DNA from: Vulcanimicrobiota bacterium
Lineage (GTDB): Bacteria; Vulcanimicrobiota; Xenobia; Xenobiales; JADMJV01
Direction of reading: 5' to 3'
Assembly (NCBI GenBank): GCA_050250895.1
Contig: JBFWNU010000001.1
Coordinates: forward strand, 2,820,891-2,884,890
DNA length: 64,000 nt
Part shown: one piece after another, positions 22,807 to 31,700 of the stretch
How positions within the stretch are numbered: the first letter of the stretch is position 1
Layout: every line of letters begins with the position of its first letter
Translations under genes and position numbers: made by a program
The notes under the pieces: generated by a model
Database searches by the model: none
The model's input: only the letters and a program-made list of their open reading frames with translations
Told to the model about the DNA's origin: nothing

Positions 22807-22908
22807 TCGGGGACGCAGGCTCAGGCGGCTTTGGGTCGAATCGCTTTGCGATTCGAACCCAGCGAGGGCAATTCGCCATCAAATGAAGCAGGACGGAGTT
22901 TGCAGTTC

Positions 22909-24423
22909 ATGGGTCGTGAGCGCGAAGAATATATTACCTTCTTAAGCTACGCTTGGAATGATGACCGGGACTGGACGACCCATTTCGGCAATCTACTTGA
23001 AAGTATCCTTCAACAGTTCTCTGGTCAAAAGATGATGAAGATCTTTCGTGACCTAAAGTTGCGTTCGGATAAGATTCTATCGGAGGGGATACGGGAGGCT
23101 CTTGATTGTTCATCAAGCCTTACGTGCGTGATGTCCCCATCTTATCTCAAGTCCCAGTGGTGTCAAAATGAATTAAGCTATTTTCAGGAGTATCATCCGA
23201 CCCGCCCAATATTCCTCGTGACAGCAATTCCTGTGGAGGGCATCGATGGCCGTCTTCACCATCCTTTTTGGAACTATGTCCAGGAGCGAGGCCGATACAA
23301 GAGAATCAAGCCGACGGACGACGAGTTTCACGAGATTGTGGAGTACTTGGGGCAGGATATCCTAGAAGCCCTCGGTTTGTTCGAACCCCCCGGCGGCGCG
23401 CCGAAGTCCCACACCGCCGTGTCCCTCCTGGCGGAAGAGGATCGGACCAGATTGGCCTCTGGGCCACTGCCTACTGCATCGGAGAAGGGGATGCACCTTG
23501 AGGTCGCCGGACCCCATGACCTTCAACAGGTTGTTCTCTACAACTTCAACAGGAAAGCCCAAGCCTATTTTCGGTCGTTGCTTGCGCCCGCGCCAATGCA
23601 GTCACAGAACGCGCTGGAACTTCTTCGTATGATAGAGAAGTATTGCGAGGATGAAGTATTGGCCTACGGGTCTAGGTGGCTTGACGTAGGCTGTGGAACG
23701 GGTCTCGTGCTAGCGTTGATGCGAGACTGCCAAACAGCCCCTCCTCTCAACGATATCGTCACCCTCGGGTTAGACTATTCTTCTGAAATGATCAGGCTGT
23801 CAAAAGAGGTCGCTGCATACAATGATGTAGTCCAACTTGACGTCGTGGAGATGGACGCCGAGAAGTTGGGTCAACCGTTCGATTGCGTGGTGGCGAACAA
23901 CGTATTCCATTGGCTCTTGGATCTGGAAAAGATTCGGCGGGCCATGAAGAACTGTGCCTCGTGCCTGAGGCACGGCGGGATCTTGGCGGCCAGTATCGCG
24001 GGCCGTGGAACGGGGAAAGCCTTCTTCCAGGTATACCGGGAGACGATGGCCGAACTTCTTGACGGGGCAACGATGGCGAACTGGAAGTCACACATCGACA
24101 ATCCCATCGGGCTTCAAGCTTTGAGTGAAATCGTGGATCTCGCCCTTCCCAACGACTTCACTGTTGTTGAAGCTCGTCTAAGATATGAGCCTGTAGTCTA
24201 CAAAAACCCTGAAATGTATGTTGAGGCAGCTCGGGCCTACGGGGAATTTGTCTTCACTGCGCCATTTCTGGGACTGAACGGGGACGCCCTGGTTGATCAG
24301 TTCTGGCGTCGTCTCAAAGAGAAGTTTCGGCAACTCTGGGAGCAGTCACCTGCCGCAGAGCGGTTAGGTGGTAGATACCTACACGATCAGTACATGATCT
24401 ACGTTCTATATCGAAAGAGATGA
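22909..24423 (+). CDS. TIR domain - class I SAM methyltransferase fusion
   Basis: TIR: FLSYAWND, IFRD, SPSYLKSQWCQNEL. MTase: WLDVGCGTG, GLDYSSEMI, FDCVVANNVFHW, LRHGG. Confidence 0.85.
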   Translation: MGREREEYITFLSYAWNDDRDWTTHFGNLLESILQQFSGQKMMKIFRDLKLRSDKILSEGIREALDCSSSLTCVMSPSYLKSQWCQNELSYFQEYHPTRPIFLVTAIPVEGIDGRLHHPFWNYVQERGRYKRIKPTDDEFHEIVEYLGQDILEALGLFEPPGGAPKSHTAVSLLAEEDRTRLASGPLPTASEKGMHLEVAGPHDLQQVVLYNFNRKAQAYFRSLLAPAPMQSQNALELLRMIEKYCEDEVLAYGSRWLDVGCGTGLVLALMRDCQTAPPLNDIVTLGLDYSSEMIRLSKEVAAYNDVVQLDVVEMDAEKLGQPFDCVVANNVFHWLLDLEKIRRAMKNCASCLRHGGILAASIAGRGTGKAFFQVYRETMAELLDGATMANWKSHIDNPIGLQALSEIVDLALPNDFTVVEARLRYEPVVYKNPEMYVEAARAYGEFVFTAPFLGLNGDALVDQFWRRLKEKFRQLWEQSPAAERLGGRYLHDQYMIYVLYRKR

Positions 24424-24519
24424 CGAAGGTTGGCTGAACGCGGGAGCCGAGACAGACGCCACGAGGTCTACATAACCGTCTCGCGATGACATTCAAGCTC
24501 TAAGAGAGAACCAAGCTTC

Positions 24520-25746
24520 ATGCACACAGCTCAAGACCTGGACCAACTCCCAGGAATCCTTCTCGCTCAGCCCTGCATTCGGGATGGCCTCAACGAGCCA
24601 TACTCTCCCAATCACACTTCTGGGCAGACAACCACCCAGCACGTTGCCACGCAGATGGAAATGCTCACCAGGCTCCGACACGGAGACTATGCGGCGTTGC
24701 AGGCGATGGTGGCGAACCCCAACGGCGCCTTAACCGTGTCCGCGGAGGAGTTGAAGGATGTTCTCGCGCCTATGGCTGAGCAATTTGGCTCCTCAGAGTG
24801 GATGGTCCTCACGCTTGTCGTAGCCTATCACGACCTGGGCAAGATGGAGGCTGCTTGGGCCAACGAGCACGGTCTTGACACCACTGGGGTAGAGTGGTTG
24901 GCTCACGACTATGACAGTAAAGGCCTGCTGGTGGCCAATCCCGGACTCTTGACTCCCTACTCGCTCGACGAAAAGGAGCGAGAAGCCGTTCTGGAGCTTT
25001 GTCGTCTCCATTCGGTCCCCGGCCAGTTCTTTTTCGGAGAAGGCAGTTTGGCCGCCTACGAGGGGCTGCGGCATCAGCACCCTTTCGGGATGACGATGGG
25101 GCGGACTCACGGTTTGCTCGACGTGATGTCGGCTCTAAATCATGGGTTCGTCAGACCGATCCTGGAATCGCACCGCGACCTAGGAGAGCTCGTGGCCAAG
25201 GCTCAGTCTTCAGGAAGGCCTCTGGACGATGTCTTTCGAGATGCCTCGGAAGAACAGTTCGAGAAGGAAGTCGATAGCGGGGCGCCCGTGGGTGCTGTTA
25301 GTTGGCGGCGCCTTCGTCGTCTGCTCGGCAAGAGATTTTCTCCCGAGAATCTCAATGAGGCGTTGACTGCCGTCCCTGCAGAGTTTGTTACTCTGTTCGA
25401 CCTGGTGTCTGATGGCGACCATACCTGGTATGGCACCTACATCGCCAACGCCTTCGGCAGCGGTCTGTTGGCCGCTTTGGATGGGACGTCCGAGGCGGCC
25501 GGAGCGGTCGGGCTGCTGGTCAAGGCAATCGCTTGTGCGGGTCGACGAATGGAACATCGGAAGGAGTGGACCGTGAGTGCGCTAGAGCCGTCGCTTCAGG
25601 TGAAGGAAGGACGAGATGGCGCTCTGGCAGTCCTGCGAAGTCTGGCTCCAGCCGAGACCCTGGAACAAGCCTATCAGCTTCTAGATGCTGGGCCCCTGCG
25701 CTATAAAGTGGGCGATTCGGGAGTGGAGTTTTCGTGGCAGGCGTGA
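24520..25746 (+). CDS. Putative HD-domain metal-dependent phosphohydrolase
   Basis: TTTQHV...AYHDLGK...AHDYDS...RLHS...LDVMS spacing matches H..HD..H..H..D. Confidence 0.6.
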   Translation: MHTAQDLDQLPGILLAQPCIRDGLNEPYSPNHTSGQTTTQHVATQMEMLTRLRHGDYAALQAMVANPNGALTVSAEELKDVLAPMAEQFGSSEWMVLTLVVAYHDLGKMEAAWANEHGLDTTGVEWLAHDYDSKGLLVANPGLLTPYSLDEKEREAVLELCRLHSVPGQFFFGEGSLAAYEGLRHQHPFGMTMGRTHGLLDVMSALNHGFVRPILESHRDLGELVAKAQSSGRPLDDVFRDASEEQFEKEVDSGAPVGAVSWRRLRRLLGKRFSPENLNEALTAVPAEFVTLFDLVSDGDHTWYGTYIANAFGSGLLAALDGTSEAAGAVGLLVKAIACAGRRMEHRKEWTVSALEPSLQVKEGRDGALAVLRSLAPAETLEQAYQLLDAGPLRYKVGDSGVEFSWQA

Positions 25747-25873
25747 ATTACGCTTCTTCTCTCTGGACGTCGCCAACAGGCCCGGTGACGATAGCTTGTC
25801 TGCAGACCGATTGCACTCACTGAAGGATCCCGATGTAATGCAACGAAGCGGGTCGTCACTATGAGGGGGTCGA

Positions 25874-26455
25874 GTGGTAACTTTCACCAAACGCAGCTTT
25901 CGGTTGAATCTAAGTTTTGCTCAATTCGGGGGTGAGATCGACCAGGAGGATCGCCAGTGCGCCTGGGAGTTCTACTGTGAACTCACGACTCGGGTTGGTG
26001 TCCGGGGTAGATTGGACGGATCGGGCAGCGATGTCTTCACCGGCGAGATTTTGGTTGAAAGTCTCGAGTCGCTATGTACGTTCTTCCAGACGTCCCGCAT
26101 CATTATGAAGAAATACCCGGTTGGACGGGTTGCCGCCGGGGAGGCCAACCTTGGATTTGCCATTGCTCAGTTGCTCGAGTTCGTCGTCCGGCCATTCCTC
26201 GAGAAGTGGCAAGCGACCTATCGGTACTGGTGGACTGTTCATCAGGACGGCCGCAGAAACCCATTCGCCCTACAAGCAGAGTTCCCCAAGTTCGAAGAGT
26301 TGACGAAAGACTGGGTCGCCGTCCGCAAGTTTTGCCGGTCCGCTGCGCACGAACTGGCCAAAGCCTATCATCTCATCGACCTGCTGGACCTGGCACCCGA
26401 CGAGGCCCGTCAGCAACAGGTGAACGAGACGGCCGCTGTTTGCAGGCTGATTTAG
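25874..26455 (+). CDS. Conserved-looking helical hypothetical protein
   Basis: GAGGGGG RBS; AWEFYCELTTR and VRPFLEKWQ motifs; directly upstream of the TIR gene. Confidence 0.7.
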   Translation: MVTFTKRSFRLNLSFAQFGGEIDQEDRQCAWEFYCELTTRVGVRGRLDGSGSDVFTGEILVESLESLCTFFQTSRIIMKKYPVGRVAAGEANLGFAIAQLLEFVVRPFLEKWQATYRYWWTVHQDGRRNPFALQAEFPKFEELTKDWVAVRKFCRSAAHELAKAYHLIDLLDLAPDEARQQQVNETAAVCRLI

Positions 26456-26466
26456 CGGAGGACTAT

Positions 26467-27744
26467 TTGCTTAAGACGACAGTAGATACTAGGGCACCGT
26501 TTTGCCTCTATGTGGTCTGGCACCCTGAATGCACCGATGGGAAATACCTGGCCCGCCAAGTCTTTGATTGGTTTCACGCCCCGAGCGGCGAACTCCATCG
26601 GTCGGGCTTGGGAATTCCGGTATATTACCGCACTTCCAAGCAGGGGCCACCGCGTCCGCTAGAGGCGGACGAGGCCCAGCACAACGTCGTAGTCGCTCTT
26701 GTGGATCACAATCTGGTCGCGGACGCGGGTTGGCGTGGCTTCCTCGCGGGGTGTCGCCACAAGAATACGACGATCTTTCCGGTCCCGCTTCATCGCTCAG
26801 CCTATCAGCTAAGTTCCGTCAACGCTCTCAACTTTCTTCGCGTGGACGGTCGAAAAGATGGAGAAGAAGACCCTCAGCAACGACAGGAACGCCGTGGTCA
26901 ACGATTGCGCCGGCAACTGACCGAAGTCTGTGCCCGGTTGCTTCAGAAGTCGCTGCACGGAAAGACCGACGAAACCAGAGCTAATCTCGAGACGATTCTT
27001 GAGAAGATACAAGACGAGGTGGATTGCCTCGAGTTGCGCAAGTACCTCGCACCGGTCTTCCGTGACGAAGCGGGGGAACCCGTCACCATCTTTCTCAGCC
27101 ATGCCAAGGCTGATGGCACCGATGTCACCGAGAAGTTGCGAATGCATGTCCAGACCTACGGCCAGTTGCGCTCTTTCTACGATGAGAGTGACCTGCCTAT
27201 CGGCTACCAGTTCGGGAACAAGTTGGAGGAGGCCGTGAAAGAAGGTGGCGCTATGATTTCAGTGGTGACCGATGCCTATGCCAGCCGACCTTGGTGCCGG
27301 GCTGAGTTGGCTTGGGCGCGGCGTCCACGACTGGAGGAGGGTAGCCTAAGTCATTGGAAGGTGACGCCCACCCTGGTTGTGACAGCAATGAGCGGTGGCC
27401 TGACCAGGACCATACCCGAAATAGGGAATCTTCCTTCCATCCACTGGGTGCCAGGACGCGAACAGTACATATTGGATTTGCTCCTTCTGGAGGTGCTGCT
27501 GGCAAGTTATCATCGCCTGAACGCGCAGAGCATTGTTCATCGTTCCGGGCGCCATGTAATTAGCTGGGTGCCCGACCCGATCTCGGTCATGGAACTGGCC
27601 GCGACCTGCCGCGCTGAAGGGCTTGAGCTAAACGAACTGGTTTACCCGGGTCACGGTATCTCGGCGGCCGAACGGGAGGCCATCAAGCGCATCGTGCCAG
27701 GAACGCTCACTTTGAGGACCTATGAGGAGGCCTGGCAAGAATGA
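26467..27744 (+). CDS. TIR domain protein (SLOG-associated)
   Basis: TTG start after GGAGG; IFLSHAKADG, FYDESDL, YASRPWCRAEL; ATGA overlap with the next gene. Confidence 0.85.
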   Translation: MLKTTVDTRAPFCLYVVWHPECTDGKYLARQVFDWFHAPSGELHRSGLGIPVYYRTSKQGPPRPLEADEAQHNVVVALVDHNLVADAGWRGFLAGCRHKNTTIFPVPLHRSAYQLSSVNALNFLRVDGRKDGEEDPQQRQERRGQRLRRQLTEVCARLLQKSLHGKTDETRANLETILEKIQDEVDCLELRKYLAPVFRDEAGEPVTIFLSHAKADGTDVTEKLRMHVQTYGQLRSFYDESDLPIGYQFGNKLEEAVKEGGAMISVVTDAYASRPWCRAELAWARRPRLEEGSLSHWKVTPTLVVTAMSGGLTRTIPEIGNLPSIHWVPGREQYILDLLLLEVLLASYHRLNAQSIVHRSGRHVISWVPDPISVMELAATCRAEGLELNELVYPGHGISAAEREAIKRIVPGTLTLRTYEEAWQE

Positions 27745-28712
27745 GCAGGAAGCTTGTCGCTCTCTCGTTCGGCGATAGCCCTGACCTGGCGGAATTGGGC
27801 TATGATGCCGAGCATCTCGATGTGGTCGCCATGCGCATCGCCAGGTTTCTCTTGCGTCGTGGTTATGACATCGCATACGGCGGGGTCTTCCGTTCTCAAA
27901 GCTTTCTAGACACATTGCTCGAACTTGTTCGTGCCGAGACGGCCCATCAGCAGGAAGAGGCGCAGGCCGAGGGACGGCAGTGGTCTGAATCTGAGCCACG
28001 ACTATTTAGCTATCAGGCCTGGCCCTATTATGATGCTATCACCACAGAAGTCATAGCCGATACTCTCGGTTTCATTCGCTACGTCAAGGTCCATCCCGTC
28101 GACGGAGAAGGCATCGACCATCGCACTCGGGCCCGTCACTTTTTGGATCCCCCAGACGGCAACATTCCCAAAGGCGCGGCTTTGATGGCAGCGGCGCTCA
28201 CCCGGATGCGCAGGGCCATGACCGCGCCAGCAGTTGACATCGACGGGGGTGACGTCTCCGCCCCCAGCGCCCGCATTGTGCTAGGCGGAGCCGTCGAGAA
28301 TTGGGCCGGAATTTTGCCCGGCATAGCAGAAGAGATTCTCTGGACTGCCCGAGCCGGGCAACCCGTCTACATCTTGGGGGCTTTCGGAGGCTCAGCAAAG
28401 GTTGTCGCAGACTATCTGCGCGACGGTGAGAATTTACCCAAAGTCCTGACCCTTGAGCATCATCGCTCCAACGCCAAAATGGCCAGGGTCATCGAGGGTT
28501 TCCCCGCCATCGGCTTCGAGGCTGTTTATCCCGAAGAGGGGTTCCGGGAACTCCAAAGGTTTCTCGCGGAAGCATGCGGGAACTTTAGCCTGCTCAATCC
28601 GCTCGGTGAAGAGAACCGCGAGCTAATGACAAGTCACAATGTCATCAATATCCTTCGTATACTCAAAACTCAGTTTCCCGATCTTCGGGGGCAGCACTCG
28701 ACCCCCAGTTGA
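27741..28712 (+). CDS. Stand-alone SLOG (SMF/DprA/LOG) domain protein
   Basis: ALSFGDSPDL, IAYGG, LTRMR, RIVLGG, PGIAEE, YILGAFGG. Confidence 0.75.
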   Translation: MSRKLVALSFGDSPDLAELGYDAEHLDVVAMRIARFLLRRGYDIAYGGVFRSQSFLDTLLELVRAETAHQQEEAQAEGRQWSESEPRLFSYQAWPYYDAITTEVIADTLGFIRYVKVHPVDGEGIDHRTRARHFLDPPDGNIPKGAALMAAALTRMRRAMTAPAVDIDGGDVSAPSARIVLGGAVENWAGILPGIAEEILWTARAGQPVYILGAFGGSAKVVADYLRDGENLPKVLTLEHHRSNAKMARVIEGFPAIGFEAVYPEEGFRELQRFLAEACGNFSLLNPLGEENRELMTSHNVINILRILKTQFPDLRGQHSTPS

Positions 28713-28757
28713 CGTTGGTGCCGCTCGTTTTGCCGGGTGAGAGAGAGTCTCGGGTCT

Positions 28758-31700
28758 TCATCTTGCGGCGCCCCGAATCCAACCGACGACAGCGTTATTG
28801 AGCTTGACCAGTCTGATGACGACCGGGTCTTGAGCAGAGAATTTTCGCCTGCGAACCTTGATGCAGAACTCCAGCAATTCCAGCAGAGAACGGAACTGGA
28901 AGGGGGAACTTCCACGTTGCCAGGACGCCTCAAATCCGGCCAGGACGCGACCTAGCTCTTCTTCTGGTGCTCCGTCGCAGACCCAGCGCATGAAGAGTCG
29001 GCGAGCCGCCTTCATGTGCTCGAAGAACGTGGATCCACTTGCCTCTAGCGCGGGAAGAACCAATTCGGGCGCAGCCGCGGGCCAAGCCTGACACATCCTG
29101 GCCAGGAAGAGATAGTCCAGCAGATAATCATCGTCGCGGGCCAATTCAACAGCCGCCTGATAGCCGGCTCGCATCTCCTCGAGAAGGGCGTCACTGGTCT
29201 TATCGCCTGCTTCGCGCAGCATCGCCAACATCGCCCCTCCACCAATGCGAGAATGCGCCTTGGCATTGGGACAGATCGCAACCATGCCCTTTCTGTCGTC
29301 CAAGATTTCTTGAATGCTGCGAGGCGTCGGTTCGCTCTGCTCTGCTCTAAACCAGAGAAGCATCTCAAGGCGCAGCAAAATGGACAAATCGTCCATAGTG
29401 ATCAACGACGACTCTTTAGCCTTGTGGAACAGGTCAAAGGCCGAGACGAGAGCACTGTCGGCCGGTAGGGCTGCTTGCCCGATTTCGCTCAAGCCAAATA
29501 GTGGATGGATTAATTGGCTGTAGGCTCTTGCCAGGGCAAGCAAGACATCGGGCCTGCCAGAGCCCCGTTCCTCGCCCAGCCAGGTCGGTTTGGCCGCACG
29601 ACGAAGCGACTCGAGTTCCTTGAGAAGACCCGAATAGTCGTCCAGTTGGCAAACCTCGGCTCGTTGGCTGAGATTTTCGAGGTCACGGACAAATTCTCGG
29701 GGGCTGACGTAAGGATCGGTCTCTCTGGACTGCGCGTATCCAGGATCCGAGGACCACCGGTACTCAGGATCGCCGTAACACTGGTAGGCGCCCCAGGAAT
29801 TGAACTGGCTGTACTCGTTCCAGGTGGCTTGACGGGCGTGCAAAACGGCTCGGCCGAAAGTCTCCCCTTTGCTCATCTCTTGGTAGAAAGTGCGGGCGAA
29901 TAGCTCGGCGGAGTTGTCCTCCACGGCCCAACCGGCCGCGATAACCGCACGAGCGCCCGCGCGGATTATCGCCGTCGCCAGATTGGCCGCCAACTCGTTT
30001 GACCTTTGCTCATAGCGTTCAATTCGGCCCAGGTGGCAGCAGTTGATAAATACCAACTCAGGACAGGGGTTGAGTTGTGATACCGTGGCCGGGGTCAACA
30101 GCATGTCAGGGCCGATCACCATGCCCGCTTCGGGCTTCTCGCCAGAATTGTCGTACACGCCGTGACCCGCCAGATGCAGCACTCGATAGGGACGAGACAG
30201 CAGTGCGGTACCCACCGTCACTCCGTCAGGCCGCGGAAGGTGCGTTACCTGGAACTTGCCCGCCGACAAGGTCTGTGCGACCGCGCGGGCTTCGTCTTGC
30301 GCGGCCTTTAGCTCGGCGAGCTTGCTGACGGGATCTCCGACAACGAGCGCAGTGAAGAGGTCGGTAGGGCGTGCTTGATCGCGAAACTCTGAGCTGGCAA
30401 GTTGGCGAATCATTTCGGACCGAACCGATACTGGACGTGAATCTCGGTCCTCACCGCCATCGACCAATAGCTCCCAGGGAAATCGCGCCGCAGCTTCGTC
30501 TAGCAGCAAGATGACCTTTTCTTCGGAATCGCCCACTTCTTTCAGGCGATATGGCATCAATAGTTGGTAAAGTGCCCGAGAGAGGTCCGGGTTCCACTGC
30601 GGAACTGTCGAGGCCTGCCGCAGCATGCCGTCTACAAGTTGGCGATCATAGGGAAGCGGCATCACTTCGCTGCGGGCGAGACTGGTAAGGAGCGTGTGAC
30701 GCAGCTGGCCTGTCTCTTCCTCTGTGATTTGCAGGCGCTGCCACTTCGACATCCCGCGCTGAAAACTGGCTCGTGACAAACGTCCAGAGACCGTCCGGAC
30801 CTCACCAGAGAACTCGAACATGCCACCCAGCTTCTCGCCCTGGCAGAGCTGGCGAGCAACGTGAGCGGCAGCGATGGCGCGGTCCTCGTAGAGTTCGATG
30901 AACTCGATATGCCTCAGGTCGTCGCTGGCCCCCGCAGAAGCCAACACCTGCTTCGCCTCCAGGACACCATTAAGAATGCAACTGATGCTCCCTTCCAACC
31001 CGATTCCGCCCTCCATCGAACCAATGGCCACGAAGGAAAGTCCGCCACCAACGGTCGTTGCTCGACCCTCTAGCAGAAACTCCACCACGGCCTGGCGGAC
31101 GGTTTTTACTAACTGGGTTTGCTTGAGTGCGCCAAACTGGCCGAGGCCAATCAAGATGCCACCTTTGAAGGCTCCGGTACCGTCTGGGTCTGGCAGCAGA
31201 TAACGTCGGGATGATTCCAGCCGCCATGGGTATACTCCGCAGGCTCGTTCCAGGGATAGATGACCCCCTAACTTGTAATCGAGCGCCCGCTCCGAGCCTT
31301 CAATGGGTTGCTTGTGGTAACAGCCCAGCGCGACGGGAAAAGCGGCATAACCGAGATCGCCGTGCGTGACGCCGACGCGAACACGGGTGTCCGGTTGTTG
31401 GTCGAGGGGTGCCACATCCTGAGCCCCGAGCACGGCCGCCTCGAGTTCGCGTTGGGTAAGGAAGGTCAGGGGGACATCGTCGTATTCCAACTCGGGTCCA
31501 GAGCGAAGTCGACGGGCTGGAGGCTGGGTAGGCTCGACGCCACGGCCTTGGGTCCAGCCATCATTTAAGAGCTGGAGATAGCCCTCGAAAGCAGGTCGGT
31601 GGGAAGGTAGATTGCCGTGCGAAGCTTCAGCATAGAACATCGGCACGCCAGGCAGTTTTCCGCGAGCCCAGGGCACCGTACCGTCGCCCTCCGCCGTCAC

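Noticed and set aside
26074-26466. N-terminal extension of the TIR ORF in the track
   Set aside because: Overlaps 25874-26455 in another frame; a GGAGG + TTG start at 26467 is more plausible. The same logic trimmed starts of 45681, 46448, 48980 and 12891.
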